Virus record (IMG/VR): IMGVR_UViG_3300045004_000088
Location: 1-64,000 of that record
Source of the DNA: a virus
Reading direction: 5' to 3' (one strand)
Length of the DNA: 64,000 nt
Shown here: one piece after another, positions 17,156 through 25,873 of the stretch
Position numbering within the stretch: the first letter of the stretch is position 1
Layout of the letters: each line of letters starts with the position of its first letter
Program-made: the position numbers and the translations under genes
The notes under the pieces: model-generated
The model's database searches: none
Seen by the model: the letters and a program-made list of their open reading frames with translations, nothing else
Told to the model about the DNA's origin: nothing

Positions 17156-17174
17156 TTCCGGCTGAGGAGAGGGA

Positions 17175-17960
17175 TCAGCCTTGTGGGGCGGTGTCGGCCG
17201 GCTTGGTGGTGCCGATGCCGAGGTTCGCGAGGGTGGCCTTCGCCGACTGCTTGGCCTTCCACTCGGCGGTCGCGGCCGACGACGCACTGGTCTGGTTCAG
17301 TTGCTTCGCCACTTCGACCGCACCGTTGTTGGTGTCGATCTGCTTCTGGATCTCTTCCGCGTACCCCGATGCCGCCGCGAGGCTACTGTGAGCCGAGGAC
17401 TTCTGGAAGTTGATGCCGACGCTCGCCAGTTCCGCGCGGGTCGCCGAAAGGTCCAGCTTCACGCCGAGGCGGTCGGCTTCCTTCTCCAGATCGTCCGCAC
17501 GCTTGACCGCTTCCTTGACCTGCGTCAGCACGCTGTTGTGCAGGGTCGTTTGTTCGCCAAGTTCCTTCGTCGCGTCGGCGGCGCGGGCCTGAGCGGTACT
17601 CAACTGCTCGGCGAGATCGAGCAGTACCGGGTCGTCGGTGTTGCCGTTCACCTCACGCGCCCGCTCGTTCACCTGCGCGGTCAGCACGTTCACTTCGCTG
17701 TTCGCCTCGTTGCTCTCGCGGGTCAGGCTGTTGATCTGGCCCTGACTCTCGTTGAGCTTCGAGACGTACCCGGAGATCTCGCCCTTCGCGTCATCGACCG
17801 CTTGCTTCATGTTGTTGACCGCGTTGGCCTTGTCGATGTTCTTGACGCCGGCCGACGCCGACGATCTGGCGTTGAACCAGAGCTTCTTGACGTTCTTCGC
17901 GCCCAAGACGAGCAGAACCGCACCGCCGAGGATCGCGAGGATGATGAGGAACGTGTTCAT
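17175..17960 (-). CDS. membrane-anchored long coiled-coil protein (N-terminal TM; PspA/IM30-like character)
   Basis: N-terminal hydrophobic helix then roughly 230 aa of Ala/Glu/Gln-rich heptads; AAGGA RBS. Confidence 0.5.
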   Translation of the reverse strand: MNTFLIILAILGGAVLLVLGAKNVKKLWFNARSSASAGVKNIDKANAVNNMKQAVDDAKGEISGYVSKLNESQGQINSLTRESNEANSEVNVLTAQVNERAREVNGNTDDPVLLDLAEQLSTAQARAADATKELGEQTTLHNSVLTQVKEAVKRADDLEKEADRLGVKLDLSATRAELASVGINFQKSSAHSSLAAASGYAEEIQKQIDTNNGAVEVAKQLNQTSASSAATAEWKAKQSAKATLANLGIGTTKPADTAPQG

Positions 17961-18019
17961 GGTCAGAATCCTTGTTTGTGTTTTGCGAAACAGTTAGGGG
18001 TTAAGGGACCGCAGCGGAA

Positions 18020-18700
18020 TCAGACGTTGATCCTTTCGGGCGGAATCTCCCGCCCGACGAACACCTCAAGCCAGCCGCTGGCGCTGTCCTTCTGGACGTA
18101 GAGGTATTCGTTGACTTCCTGTTTGGCTTCATCCTGCGTGGTCCGCGAGAAGCCCCAGAGATCGATTCGTTTCAGGCCCACGTCGCTTTCGGAATCCTTG
18201 ACGACGGTCACGTTGACGTGTTCGGCGGTCTTCAAACCCTGAAGACGCCAGTATTTCTTCTCGTCTTCCGTCCCGGCATTGATCGCGAAGATGCCGCCCG
18301 GATCGTTGACGCCTTCCATCAGCCCCGGACGCGATTCGTCGTCCCACGCGCACTCGAAATACTTGGTGAGTGCCACGATGCGGAAGTCGATCTTGTTCTT
18401 GCCGGTGTCGCCGTCACGCGGCACAGCCCGAAGGATCAGCGACTTGTTCTCGTCGGGGATCGCCTTGCCAGCCGTCGAGACGCCCGCCTCGACAACGTAG
18501 TCGGCCATCAGCACGCCGGTCCCGCGATCCAGAACGTGCAGTTCTTTCAGGTTGTAGAACACGCCTCGGAACTTCAGTGTATCCAGATGGAAGTTGGCAC
18601 CGATCTTCACCTTGAACGGGTTGTGGACCTTCTCTTCGTTCGGAACGAACTGGTTCCGACCCAAGATCCGATCCGCCAGTGTTCGCTTCTTATCGGCCAT
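18020..18700 (-). CDS. hypothetical protein (226 aa)
   Basis: ATG with GGAGGG RBS. Confidence 0.6.
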   Translation of the reverse strand: MADKKRTLADRILGRNQFVPNEEKVHNPFKVKIGANFHLDTLKFRGVFYNLKELHVLDRGTGVLMADYVVEAGVSTAGKAIPDENKSLILRAVPRDGDTGKNKIDFRIVALTKYFECAWDDESRPGLMEGVNDPGGIFAINAGTEDEKKYWRLQGLKTAEHVNVTVVKDSESDVGLKRIDLWGFSRTTQDEAKQEVNEYLYVQKDSASGWLEVFVGREIPPERINV

Positions 18701-18753
18701 TGTAGACCCTCCGAAAGTGTTTCGTCTGCACCGTTTGAGAATTTTGGCAATTC

Positions 18754-18782
18754 GTGCCGGGCGGTTAAGTCTCGCCCGGCAC
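18754..18782. terminator. hairpin GTGCCGGGCG-gttaagtct-CGCCCGGCAC between minus-strand operons
   Basis: 10-bp GC-rich stem read directly; U-tract weak. Confidence 0.4.
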
Positions 18783-18793
18783 AGGGGTTGCGT

Positions 18794-19105
18794 TTACCGT
18801 ACCGCCGCCGCGATCACTTGGAAGAAGCCGAGTACGAGGGCGGCGACGACGATGGCGAGCGCGACGTTGGGTTGCTTGCCGTGGGTGACGATGTTGTTGT
18901 TGGCGTCACGCACGTCGGCGGTGCCGAGTAGTTCCTTGTTGAGATCGCCGGGCGTGAGCTTGTCGATCCACCGCCAGAACGGGTAGAACAGGGCGGCGGC
19001 GAAGACGACGGCGATCAGTGCCATCACGACGTGCGGCCAGAAGTCCGGCGGAAAGAAGCTCGCGTTTTCGGCGACGGTTTCGGCGGTAGCGAGAAGCGGG
19101 GTCAT
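18794..19105 (-). CDS. small membrane protein with two predicted TM helices (holin-like topology)
   Basis: Two hydrophobic stretches; GGAG RBS. Confidence 0.5.
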   Translation of the reverse strand: MTPLLATAETVAENASFFPPDFWPHVVMALIAVVFAAALFYPFWRWIDKLTPGDLNKELLGTADVRDANNNIVTHGKQPNVALAIVVAALVLGFFQVIAAAVR

Positions 19106-19151
19106 GGTCAGGCTCCAGTCTTTGGGTTCGACACAGGGTTAGGGGTTTCGG

Positions 19152-20258
19152 TTACCAGCGGTAGTGGAACACGAGCCAGTATAGACCAACCAGCCCGATA
19201 ATGATCAGCGGAATGTAGACGAAAATCCAGAGCAAGGCTTTTCCTACATTTCCGCCGCCCGACGAATGGTGCGTCGGCGGATCGTCGTACTCGTAGTAGT
19301 CAACCTGTTTCGGCCGGGGGTTCCAGCAGGCGTTGACGTACCCGTCATCGTACATCATGTCGGCGTCAACCCCTCGCGGGGTGTACGTCACGTCTCTCGG
19401 AATCCCTTGCCGTTCGAGGGCGGCTACCCTTGCGCGAAGGTCGGCGTTCTGGGCGTACATGGCGTTGAGTCGAGCTTGGTCCATCGACATCTGGTGGTGG
19501 TACACCCAGAGGGACATCACGTCGATGGTTTGACTCGCCAACCAGTAATTCCAGTACGGGTGGTAGGAGTCGTTGTAGTGGACGATCACCGTTGACGGGT
19601 AGCGGCTGTAGTACGACCCGTAGAAGGTATCCGTCCGCTGCGAGCGGTTCTGCCATCGCGACTCGTCCAGCCGGCCGCGCAGATAGTCGGCAGACTTATC
19701 GTTTTTGGCAATCGGCACGTCTTTACCGGCAGGCGTTTTGTACGACGCCGCAGGTGCTTCGGACTTCTCGTAGGACTTTCGGCTCTCGGTCTTTCGGGCT
19801 TCGGTTCCCGACAACTTGTCGAACGTTTCAGCCGCCGGTTTCTTGCTCACGGTGGTCGGCTGACGACCTTGAATCGGTGTCGTCGTCACCGTCTTGTTTG
19901 GAGGTGAGGTAGACCCGCCTCCAAAAACCGGCTTGTCTGTCGCACTGCCCTTTGCGACACCTGTCGGCGGATTCGACCCGCCGCTGAAACTCGGACGACT
20001 CGTTGCCGGCGGTTTCGCCGTACTGGTGGGAGGGTTGCTCCCGCCACTGAACTTCGGGGTGCTGGAGGGAGCGGCACTGCTTCCTCCGCTAAACTTCGGA
20101 GCGCTACTGCTGCCGCCCGAAAACGCGGGCTTACTACTCCCGCCACTGAAACTGGGGCGACTCGAACTGCCACTGCTGGACTTGGGCGGGCCGGCATAAG
20201 CGTTGCTGGCGAACAGCAAAGTAAAGGCCAGCGCCAGCCCGCACATCTTTCTGATCAT
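19152..20258 (-). CDS. secreted or membrane protein with signal peptide, 6x xFSGGS S/G/P-rich repeats and C-terminal TM anchor
   Basis: Signal peptide MIRKMCGLALAFTLLFASNAYA; repeats and C-terminal hydrophobic tail read directly; GGAGG RBS. Confidence 0.6.
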   Translation of the reverse strand: MIRKMCGLALAFTLLFASNAYAGPPKSSSGSSSRPSFSGGSSKPAFSGGSSSAPKFSGGSSAAPSSTPKFSGGSNPPTSTAKPPATSRPSFSGGSNPPTGVAKGSATDKPVFGGGSTSPPNKTVTTTPIQGRQPTTVSKKPAAETFDKLSGTEARKTESRKSYEKSEAPAASYKTPAGKDVPIAKNDKSADYLRGRLDESRWQNRSQRTDTFYGSYYSRYPSTVIVHYNDSYHPYWNYWLASQTIDVMSLWVYHHQMSMDQARLNAMYAQNADLRARVAALERQGIPRDVTYTPRGVDADMMYDDGYVNACWNPRPKQVDYYEYDDPPTHHSSGGGNVGKALLWIFVYIPLIIIGLVGLYWLVFHYRW

Positions 20259-20291
20259 TGAATCCTCCGTTACGGGCCGTTCATTGCCGGG

Positions 20292-20301
20292 TCAGTATAG
20301 A
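20292..20301 (-). promoter_or_regulatory. GTCTATACTG motif (minus strand) 34 nt upstream of the operon start at 20258; adjacent 9-bp inverted repeat 20303-20335
   Basis: Read directly. Confidence 0.4.
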
Positions 20302-20339
20302 CAAACTTCCCAGGATTGTCGGCATTCGGGAAGTTTTTG

Positions 20340-20885
20340 TCAAGCGATCTCTTCCGCAGCGTTCGCCAACAGGCGGATCACGGCCATGTTGGGAACCGAG
20401 GACGGGAACTTCCCGGTCGCTTTGCCAACGGCGAGGCAAAGGAAATCGGCGGGAACAATCAACATAGCATAATCAGGCAACTCGTCCAGAGCCGCCGACA
20501 CGTTCTCGTCAGTAGCTGGTTCGCGGATCGAGTCGTTCGCTTTAGCCGAAAGCGAAAAATGAGTCGCGAGCGCCCACGCCGTGTGTTCGCATCTCTCGAA
20601 CGGGGCAGAGATTATCTCCAAATTACTGCGGTACAAAGAATTCAGTCGGGGCAGGCTACTTTGGATCTGGGCGATGCCTTTGCCGGTGAGTTTGTCGCCC
20701 TCGGCGTCGGCGTGACGGATCAGGACGATGTCCTTCATGTAGAACTGGCGGTCTTCCGATACGAACCGTTTGTGATCGTGGTGGTAGAAACCGCTCACGG
20801 CGTCGGCATCCGTCATACAGGCGGCGAGGCTTTCGCGAGTGGGTCCACAGAGAACTTGACCGTGAATGAAAATGGCTGCTTGCAT
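20340..20885 (-). CDS. hypothetical protein (181 aa)
   Basis: ATG with AAGGGG RBS. Confidence 0.55.
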   Translation of the reverse strand: MQAAIFIHGQVLCGPTRESLAACMTDADAVSGFYHHDHKRFVSEDRQFYMKDIVLIRHADAEGDKLTGKGIAQIQSSLPRLNSLYRSNLEIISAPFERCEHTAWALATHFSLSAKANDSIREPATDENVSAALDELPDYAMLIVPADFLCLAVGKATGKFPSSVPNMAVIRLLANAAEEIA

Positions 20886-20930
20886 GTGATCCCCTTTTTT
20901 GAAGTATAGCCGGTCTGGGGACTAGATAGG

Positions 20931-21515
20931 ATGAACCGATTTGCAAAGGAAACAATGTCGTTCGCAAACTACGTCAGACTTCGTAATCCACAACTCTTCG
21001 AGGCCATCGTCGGTGATCTGGGCATTGACCTGAGCGATCCAGGGACGAGAGACGCCTTCGTTGCACAACTCCAACAGTCCGGCGCGGACCTCGAAAAAGT
21101 CGTCGCCAACGTACAGGCCAACCCGAACGCCAAACCCGACAAAGCGAAAATGGTCGCAGACCAAGAGTTCCAGAAGCAACAGAACATGCTCAACGGCAAA
21201 ACCGTTCCGAAGGGCATCAACAAGAAAGACTGGGAGAGGGTTGTCGGCCTCATGACACCGACCGGCAAGCCAATTCCCAACCAGATCGGTAAGGGCAAAG
21301 GAGTCGATGTCGCCGGTGTATTGGAAAAGGGCGCGAAACAGGGCGCGGTGCCGGCGAACATCGACAAGCTGACCCCGCCGTGGTTGAAGATGAACAAGGT
21401 GACGCCGCCGGTCGCGTCTAAGACGCCGACAGTAGACCCGAAGCACCCGATGACACCGAGCGAAGTAGCTGCGAGTAAAGCCAAGCCGAATCAGGTTATG
21501 GGCGGGGGAGCATAG
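20931..21515 (+). CDS. hypothetical Lys-rich protein (194 aa)
   Basis: Only protein-like frame in this stretch; lone plus-strand gene. Confidence 0.45.
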   Translation: MNRFAKETMSFANYVRLRNPQLFEAIVGDLGIDLSDPGTRDAFVAQLQQSGADLEKVVANVQANPNAKPDKAKMVADQEFQKQQNMLNGKTVPKGINKKDWERVVGLMTPTGKPIPNQIGKGKGVDVAGVLEKGAKQGAVPANIDKLTPPWLKMNKVTPPVASKTPTVDPKHPMTPSEVAASKAKPNQVMGGGA

Positions 21516-22350
21516 TCGAAACGACCTTCTTCATGAAGTCGGTCGCGGGCGAAGTGTCGGCCCGCATGATCGCCGCGAACGGCGAATCCGAAAACCCGAA
21601 CTTGTTGCCGTCGAGTTGATAGTAGATCTTGTTGAAATCCGGCGGCGAACCGTAGCAGTAGTTGATGAAGTTCGCGGTGAAGTTGGTATCCGTCATCTGA
21701 CACTCCAGATTCATCGAAGTGTCGATGCTGTAGCGGTCGAAGTGTTCAAGCAACGACAAAGACATGCCCGCCCTAAAAAGACCCTTCACCTTCTTGTCTG
21801 ACCCCGCCCTCAACAGTTGCCGGTAAGAATCGAATCCAATCAGTCTGGCACGCTCCACAACCCTGTAGAAGAACTCGGTGTGGACGTTTTTGAACCCGAA
21901 GATCTCACCGACCGGGAACCATTGCTTCCTCCCGCCCGACCTACGAGCAATCTCGTCTCCCGAAATCCCATAACTGGTAAGGTGGGAGAAAGTGAAATCA
22001 GATCGGCAGGCGAACGAAATGTTGGCGTCGAGTTTCTTCGGCGGGTGCCACAAAACGCAGTGCGGCGGCAAACTGATAAACGTCTGGGAAATCAAACTGC
22101 GGGCAGACGCCAACGCCAACGCATCGAGTCTCGCAACATCCGGGTCGGGATCGGTCGCCAATTTGATGGCGTGCAGACGAGGGAGATCGGCGAAGTGCTT
22201 GTGATACAAGTTGATCGTCGGCGTATCTTCGTTTACGACGAGAATGACGCACAGATTCTCTTGCAGACCGTGGAGTTTGAAGCTCTGCGCGAGAATGGCG
22301 ATCTGCCACTGGTAGTGAGGCGTGTTGGGTGCAACGACTAGGTAGTCCAT
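21496..22350 (-). CDS. hypothetical protein (284 aa)
   Basis: ORF track; ATG. Confidence 0.55.
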   Translation of the reverse strand: MDYLVVAPNTPHYQWQIAILAQSFKLHGLQENLCVILVVNEDTPTINLYHKHFADLPRLHAIKLATDPDPDVARLDALALASARSLISQTFISLPPHCVLWHPPKKLDANISFACRSDFTFSHLTSYGISGDEIARRSGGRKQWFPVGEIFGFKNVHTEFFYRVVERARLIGFDSYRQLLRAGSDKKVKGLFRAGMSLSLLEHFDRYSIDTSMNLECQMTDTNFTANFINYCYGSPPDFNKIYYQLDGNKFGFSDSPFAAIMRADTSPATDFMKKVVSTMLPRP

Positions 22351-22363
22351 GCACTAAAGAGAG

Positions 22364-22669
22364 TCAGTTGGCGAGGAAGCCGTCGTAATACTCGCGAAAA
22401 AGTCGGCTGTAACACTTCCCCCACACCGAACCGTGTGCGTCCCGCTGTTTACCCCATGCTTCGACGTGAGCAAATTCGTGGATCATCACGTCGATGGCGT
22501 GGCTCATGGTCAATTCATTGGAAACCTTGATCAAGAAGTGATCGGACTTCTCGATACAAAGACCCTCAACGTCGTCCGTCAGCTTCATCCGTCGAACTTT
22601 GACCGGCTTGTTGCTGCGGACGACCTTCTTCAAGAAACGCATCGAGTCGTAGAAGAGGGTGTAGGCCAT
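22364..22669 (-). CDS. small HExxH metallopeptidase-like protein (MIHEFAHV; SprT/WLM-like size)
   Basis: HEFAH motif read directly; ATG at 22669, the track start is TTG. Confidence 0.5.
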   Translation of the reverse strand: MAYTLFYDSMRFLKKVVRSNKPVKVRRMKLTDDVEGLCIEKSDHFLIKVSNELTMSHAIDVMIHEFAHVEAWGKQRDAHGSVWGKCYSRLFREYYDGFLAN

Positions 22670-22678
22670 CAAGCCTAT

Positions 22679-23230
22679 TTACGACACCACCCGGTTCAGA
22701 ACGAACTCCACCTCTGGACGCTCTGCGCGAAACGTCCTGAACAACTCCTCGAACAGAACGAAGTGATCTTCCCGGTCCTCCCACAACCTAAGTCGTTGTG
22801 GATTAAGGGTTAAGAGTTGTCGCAGCCCCGAAGTTTTGCACTCGAAAGTGTTGATTCCGGGGCAGTCCTTCTGGCCCTGAAAATAGGTCAGGCCGAAGGC
22901 GAGGCCGTAGTGGGTGCAGATTTCGAGGACGCGATTGCGTAGTTTGTACGGTCGCCCCGTCATCAGCACGCGGAGATCGCATTCTTTGGCGCGGCAGATC
23001 TCGGCGACTTCTTGAATCAAGAACTCGTCACCCGGCTTCTCTGGGAAGACAGGAGGGATCAGAGATTCCAGTCGGCCGTAGAAACCGATGTGCGGCCACG
23101 GGTTCCCGGTCGCCGCGAGGAAGTCTTTCTCGGCTTGCTCGCGTCCGGGCGTCTTGACGAGTGTCCCGTCAAAATCGAAAACGTCGATATTCACTTGTAC
23201 TTCTCCTGAAACTTGCCGGTTTTGAGCCAT
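22679..23230 (-). CDS. HAD-superfamily phosphatase-like protein (motif I DVFDFDGTLV)
   Basis: DxDGT motif read directly; start uncertain, no clear RBS. Confidence 0.5.
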   Translation of the reverse strand: MAQNRQVSGEVQVNIDVFDFDGTLVKTPGREQAEKDFLAATGNPWPHIGFYGRLESLIPPVFPEKPGDEFLIQEVAEICRAKECDLRVLMTGRPYKLRNRVLEICTHYGLAFGLTYFQGQKDCPGINTFECKTSGLRQLLTLNPQRLRLWEDREDHFVLFEELFRTFRAERPEVEFVLNRVVS

Positions 23231-23472
23231 CTGAGCCGCCAGCCCCCGCGAGCGGCAGCTTCTCTGCGTGTAGAACACTGATTGGGCATGCCCGCGAACT
23301 GATGGCAAACGCCGTTGTGCCAGACGCGGAACATCCACGGGTAGGGGTGGTTCCACCCGTGTTCAACTTTGTAGGTTTCGACGCGGTCTGTCACGGCTTC
23401 TCTCGGTTGTCCCAGACTCGGTTCTGCCCATCGGGTACGCAGAATGAATCGTAGAGAGTTTCTTCGACCCAT
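23191..23472 (-). CDS. possible small protein overlapping the HAD gene start
   Basis: ATG; N-terminal half protein-like, C-terminal half Arg-rich. Confidence 0.25.
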   Translation of the reverse strand: MGRRNSLRFILRTRWAEPSLGQPREAVTDRVETYKVEHGWNHPYPWMFRVWHNGVCHQFAGMPNQCSTRREAAARGGWRLRWLKTGKFQEKYK

Positions 23473-23732
23473 TTGAAGTAAAGCACCTTGATGCCTTCTT
23501 CGTCGCGGTACGGCGCGATCATGACCGCCCGATCTTCGATCTGTGCAAAGATCACTTTGATTTTATCGGGGTCCACGGTGTCGAGAACCTGTGTGCCTTG
23601 CGACCCGAAGACCAAACGGCGGAACTGCCCGTCCTCGAAAAGAGGGTACGCCTGAGCCGCAAGTTCCTTGATGAACTTCCACCCCAGATCGCGGATGATG
23701 AACGGCGTGGCTTGGACGCTGTATTCCAGCAC
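23391..23732 (-). CDS. hypothetical protein (113 aa; GTG start with GAGGG RBS)
   Basis: ORF track; RBS read directly. Confidence 0.5.
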   Translation of the reverse strand: MLEYSVQATPFIIRDLGWKFIKELAAQAYPLFEDGQFRRLVFGSQGTQVLDTVDPDKIKVIFAQIEDRAVMIAPYRDEEGIKVLYFKWVEETLYDSFCVPDGQNRVWDNREKP

Positions 23733-23755
23733 GACATTACCCTCGGCGCAAAAAG

Positions 23756-23783
23756 AAGCCCTCCCTTGTTATAGGGAGGGCTT
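23756..23783 (-). terminator. intrinsic terminator AAGCCCTCCC-ttgttata-GGGAGGGCTT followed by CTTTTTG on the minus strand, downstream of the nucleotidyltransferase gene
   Basis: 10-bp stem and U-tract read directly. Confidence 0.65.
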
Positions 23784-23800
23784 CGCTGTTTGTAAACCGA

Positions 23801-25351
23801 TCAGCGGATGAGTGGAACCCAACCAGCCGACTCGGTCGGACGCTCCTGTTGGGCCGGGCGGTTCTTGATGCGTTCCATCATACGGCCCCAAGACATCGAC
23901 TCCTTTTTCTCGCCGCCGTCATCCTTCTTTTCCGGTTTCTCCTCTGCATCCCCTTCGTCAGAAGACGGTCTGGTGAGCGACTTGGCCGCTCCCATTCTTT
24001 TCTCCTGCGGACCTTCCTCGCCGCCCATATCGTTTTCGTCCTCGCCGTCCTTGAACAGACCTTCCGCTTCGCCGCCCTGACCCTTGTTGATCATTTGGAG
24101 CCATTCGCGGATCTTGCTCTTGGTCAGCCCGGTGTGGCCCTTAACGTCCTTGAGCTTGTCGGGACTGAACCCATCCTTTTCAGCCCAAGATGCGATCTTG
24201 ACCAGATAGGCGATGTCCGATGCTTCTTGTTTGCTCCAGCCGCCGCCGCCCAGTACCTTCTTGACCTTTTCGGGGTCGTTGTCCCTGAGAACCCAAGCCG
24301 GTGCCAACCAGCGGTCGCCACGGAAGTCCGGCGGCATGTCGTCTTCGCGGAATTCGAGATCAGGGAACACGACGTTCAGAAGGCCCAGACCCTTAGCCGC
24401 GCCCATGTACCCTCTGGCGTCCATGTCGGGATCTTCGAGGCCGCTGAGGAACGATTTGCGGATCTCGGACGGGTCAACGTCGGCCATGTCTTTGAACTGC
24501 CCAATCGCCGCTTTTTCCTTGTCGCCGATTCCCGAAAACTTTCCGAACTTGCCAGTTTGATTGAGGTAACGGAATGCCGTCATCGGGTCGTCACGCATCT
24601 TGTCCATAGGACTGTTGATAAACTTGACCTCGCCCGCCTTCAGGTGGTGTGCGCCACCATGCGGATCAATCAATTCGCTGTTCTCGCCGTCACTTTGACT
24701 CAATGGGATATACATGGCGTTCATCGTGAAGTCGCGACCCATGCTGTCTTCTTCGACGCTGGTCGCAACGTCGGCTTTGTCCGGGTTCACCCGGCGACTT
24801 TTGCCGTGCTTGCCGAGGGACGCAAGCTCGAACTTCTCGCCGTTTATCTCGACGGTGATCTCGATCTCTTTGCCCTGTCCGTCCCAACGGCTGGCGTAGA
24901 AGCACCGACGCTTGTTGCCGCTCGGCAGATCGGCGTACCGCTCGTCCTGACCCATCTCGCCGTCTTTCGGCTTGACCTCAGTAAACGGTTGTTCCGAGTT
25001 GGAGAGAATCATGCGGACTTCGGAAGGAGTGGCGTCCGTAACGAGGTCGTAGCCCTTCGGGGTTTTGCCCTTGAGGTGGTCGCGAACCGCGCCGCCGGTG
25101 AGCCACAAGTTCTTGGCCTTCATCAGCGGTTCGTGTTCGCCCTTCGACTTGTCGATGGTGGTGTAGCCGAGGCCGACCTGACCGCTGCCCTTGAAGGCTT
25201 GGATCAGTGTGCGGAGGTTCGGGCGGGTAGCCTTATCGACGCGGAAAGGAGAAAACTCCGCAGAGCCTTCTTGCTTTTGCAGTTTGATTTTGGACGAGAT
25301 GGGGGTCTTGGCGTCTCGTTCTTCGCGGAACAAAGTGAACTTTTTCATCAT
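23801..25351 (-). CDS. tRNA nucleotidyltransferase (CCA-adding) / poly(A) polymerase head-domain protein with long acidic C-terminal extension
   Basis: LTGGAVRD and RDFTMNAMY motifs match the GGxVRD and RDFTINA signatures of the class II CCA enzyme head domain; AGGAG RBS. Confidence 0.65.
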   Translation of the reverse strand: MMKKFTLFREERDAKTPISSKIKLQKQEGSAEFSPFRVDKATRPNLRTLIQAFKGSGQVGLGYTTIDKSKGEHEPLMKAKNLWLTGGAVRDHLKGKTPKGYDLVTDATPSEVRMILSNSEQPFTEVKPKDGEMGQDERYADLPSGNKRRCFYASRWDGQGKEIEITVEINGEKFELASLGKHGKSRRVNPDKADVATSVEEDSMGRDFTMNAMYIPLSQSDGENSELIDPHGGAHHLKAGEVKFINSPMDKMRDDPMTAFRYLNQTGKFGKFSGIGDKEKAAIGQFKDMADVDPSEIRKSFLSGLEDPDMDARGYMGAAKGLGLLNVVFPDLEFREDDMPPDFRGDRWLAPAWVLRDNDPEKVKKVLGGGGWSKQEASDIAYLVKIASWAEKDGFSPDKLKDVKGHTGLTKSKIREWLQMINKGQGGEAEGLFKDGEDENDMGGEEGPQEKRMGAAKSLTRPSSDEGDAEEKPEKKDDGGEKKESMSWGRMMERIKNRPAQQERPTESAGWVPLIR

Positions 25352-25372
25352 TCTATTTAGCTCCTGGGGGCA

Positions 25373-25819
25373 TTACTTTTTGCTCAAGTAATAAGCAAGT
25401 GCGGCGGCTCCGACAATTTGCATCACCTTCCACGCCGCATCGAGCCACCACTGAAGGCGGATCTCGCCCTTGTTGCGGTAGCTGGTGTTGTGTTCGTTGC
25501 TGAACTCAAGGACGCGGACCTTTTCTTTCAGTTCTTGTACGTCTGCTTTCAGGCCGTTGTTGAACTGCTTGTCCAGAACGGCCACTTTTTTGTCGATCTC
25601 GTCAAGGTTGTCCTTCGATTTATCCCAACCAGACTTTTCTAGGACGGCGACACGCACCGCCGTCTCGGTCATGTTGATCGCGAGTTTCTCGATCTTGTCG
25701 GACATCTCGTTCTGCTTTTCGACTAGATACTTGATCCTTTCGTCTATACGGCTGGAGATCTCAAACAATTGACGTACCGTTTCTTGTGTGGCGTCGGATT
25801 TTTGATTCGGCGGTGGCAT
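25373..25819 (-). CDS. coiled-coil protein with C-terminal TM anchor (148 aa)
   Basis: Heptad-rich sequence followed by a hydrophobic tail; GAGGG RBS. Confidence 0.5.
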   Translation of the reverse strand: MPPPNQKSDATQETVRQLFEISSRIDERIKYLVEKQNEMSDKIEKLAINMTETAVRVAVLEKSGWDKSKDNLDEIDKKVAVLDKQFNNGLKADVQELKEKVRVLEFSNEHNTSYRNKGEIRLQWWLDAAWKVMQIVGAAALAYYLSKK

Positions 25820-25859
25820 AATGTGGTTCCCTCACAACGGCGTTTCACTTTCCTGTGAC

Positions 25860-25868
25860 CTATATACC
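25860..25868 (+). promoter_or_regulatory. CTATATACC motif 5 nt upstream of the ATG of the SD-less gene 25874
   Basis: Read directly; same motif at 33062 and, as CTATAATACC, at 51461. Confidence 0.4.
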
Positions 25869-25873
25869 TACTC

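Noticed and set aside
17125-17160. tRNA-like GGTCGAATTCGACC element
   Set aside because: It is a simple palindromic terminator stem with a U-tract. There is no cloverleaf, no anticodon arm and no acceptor stem.
20922-21484. Minus-strand ORFs (174 and 171 aa) overlapping the plus-strand 20931-21515 gene
   Set aside because: They have Arg-rich shadow composition. The plus-strand frame is the only protein-like one.
23849-25360. 503-aa plus-strand ORF
   Set aside because: It is antisense to the CCA-like nucleotidyltransferase gene, which has clear motifs and an RBS.
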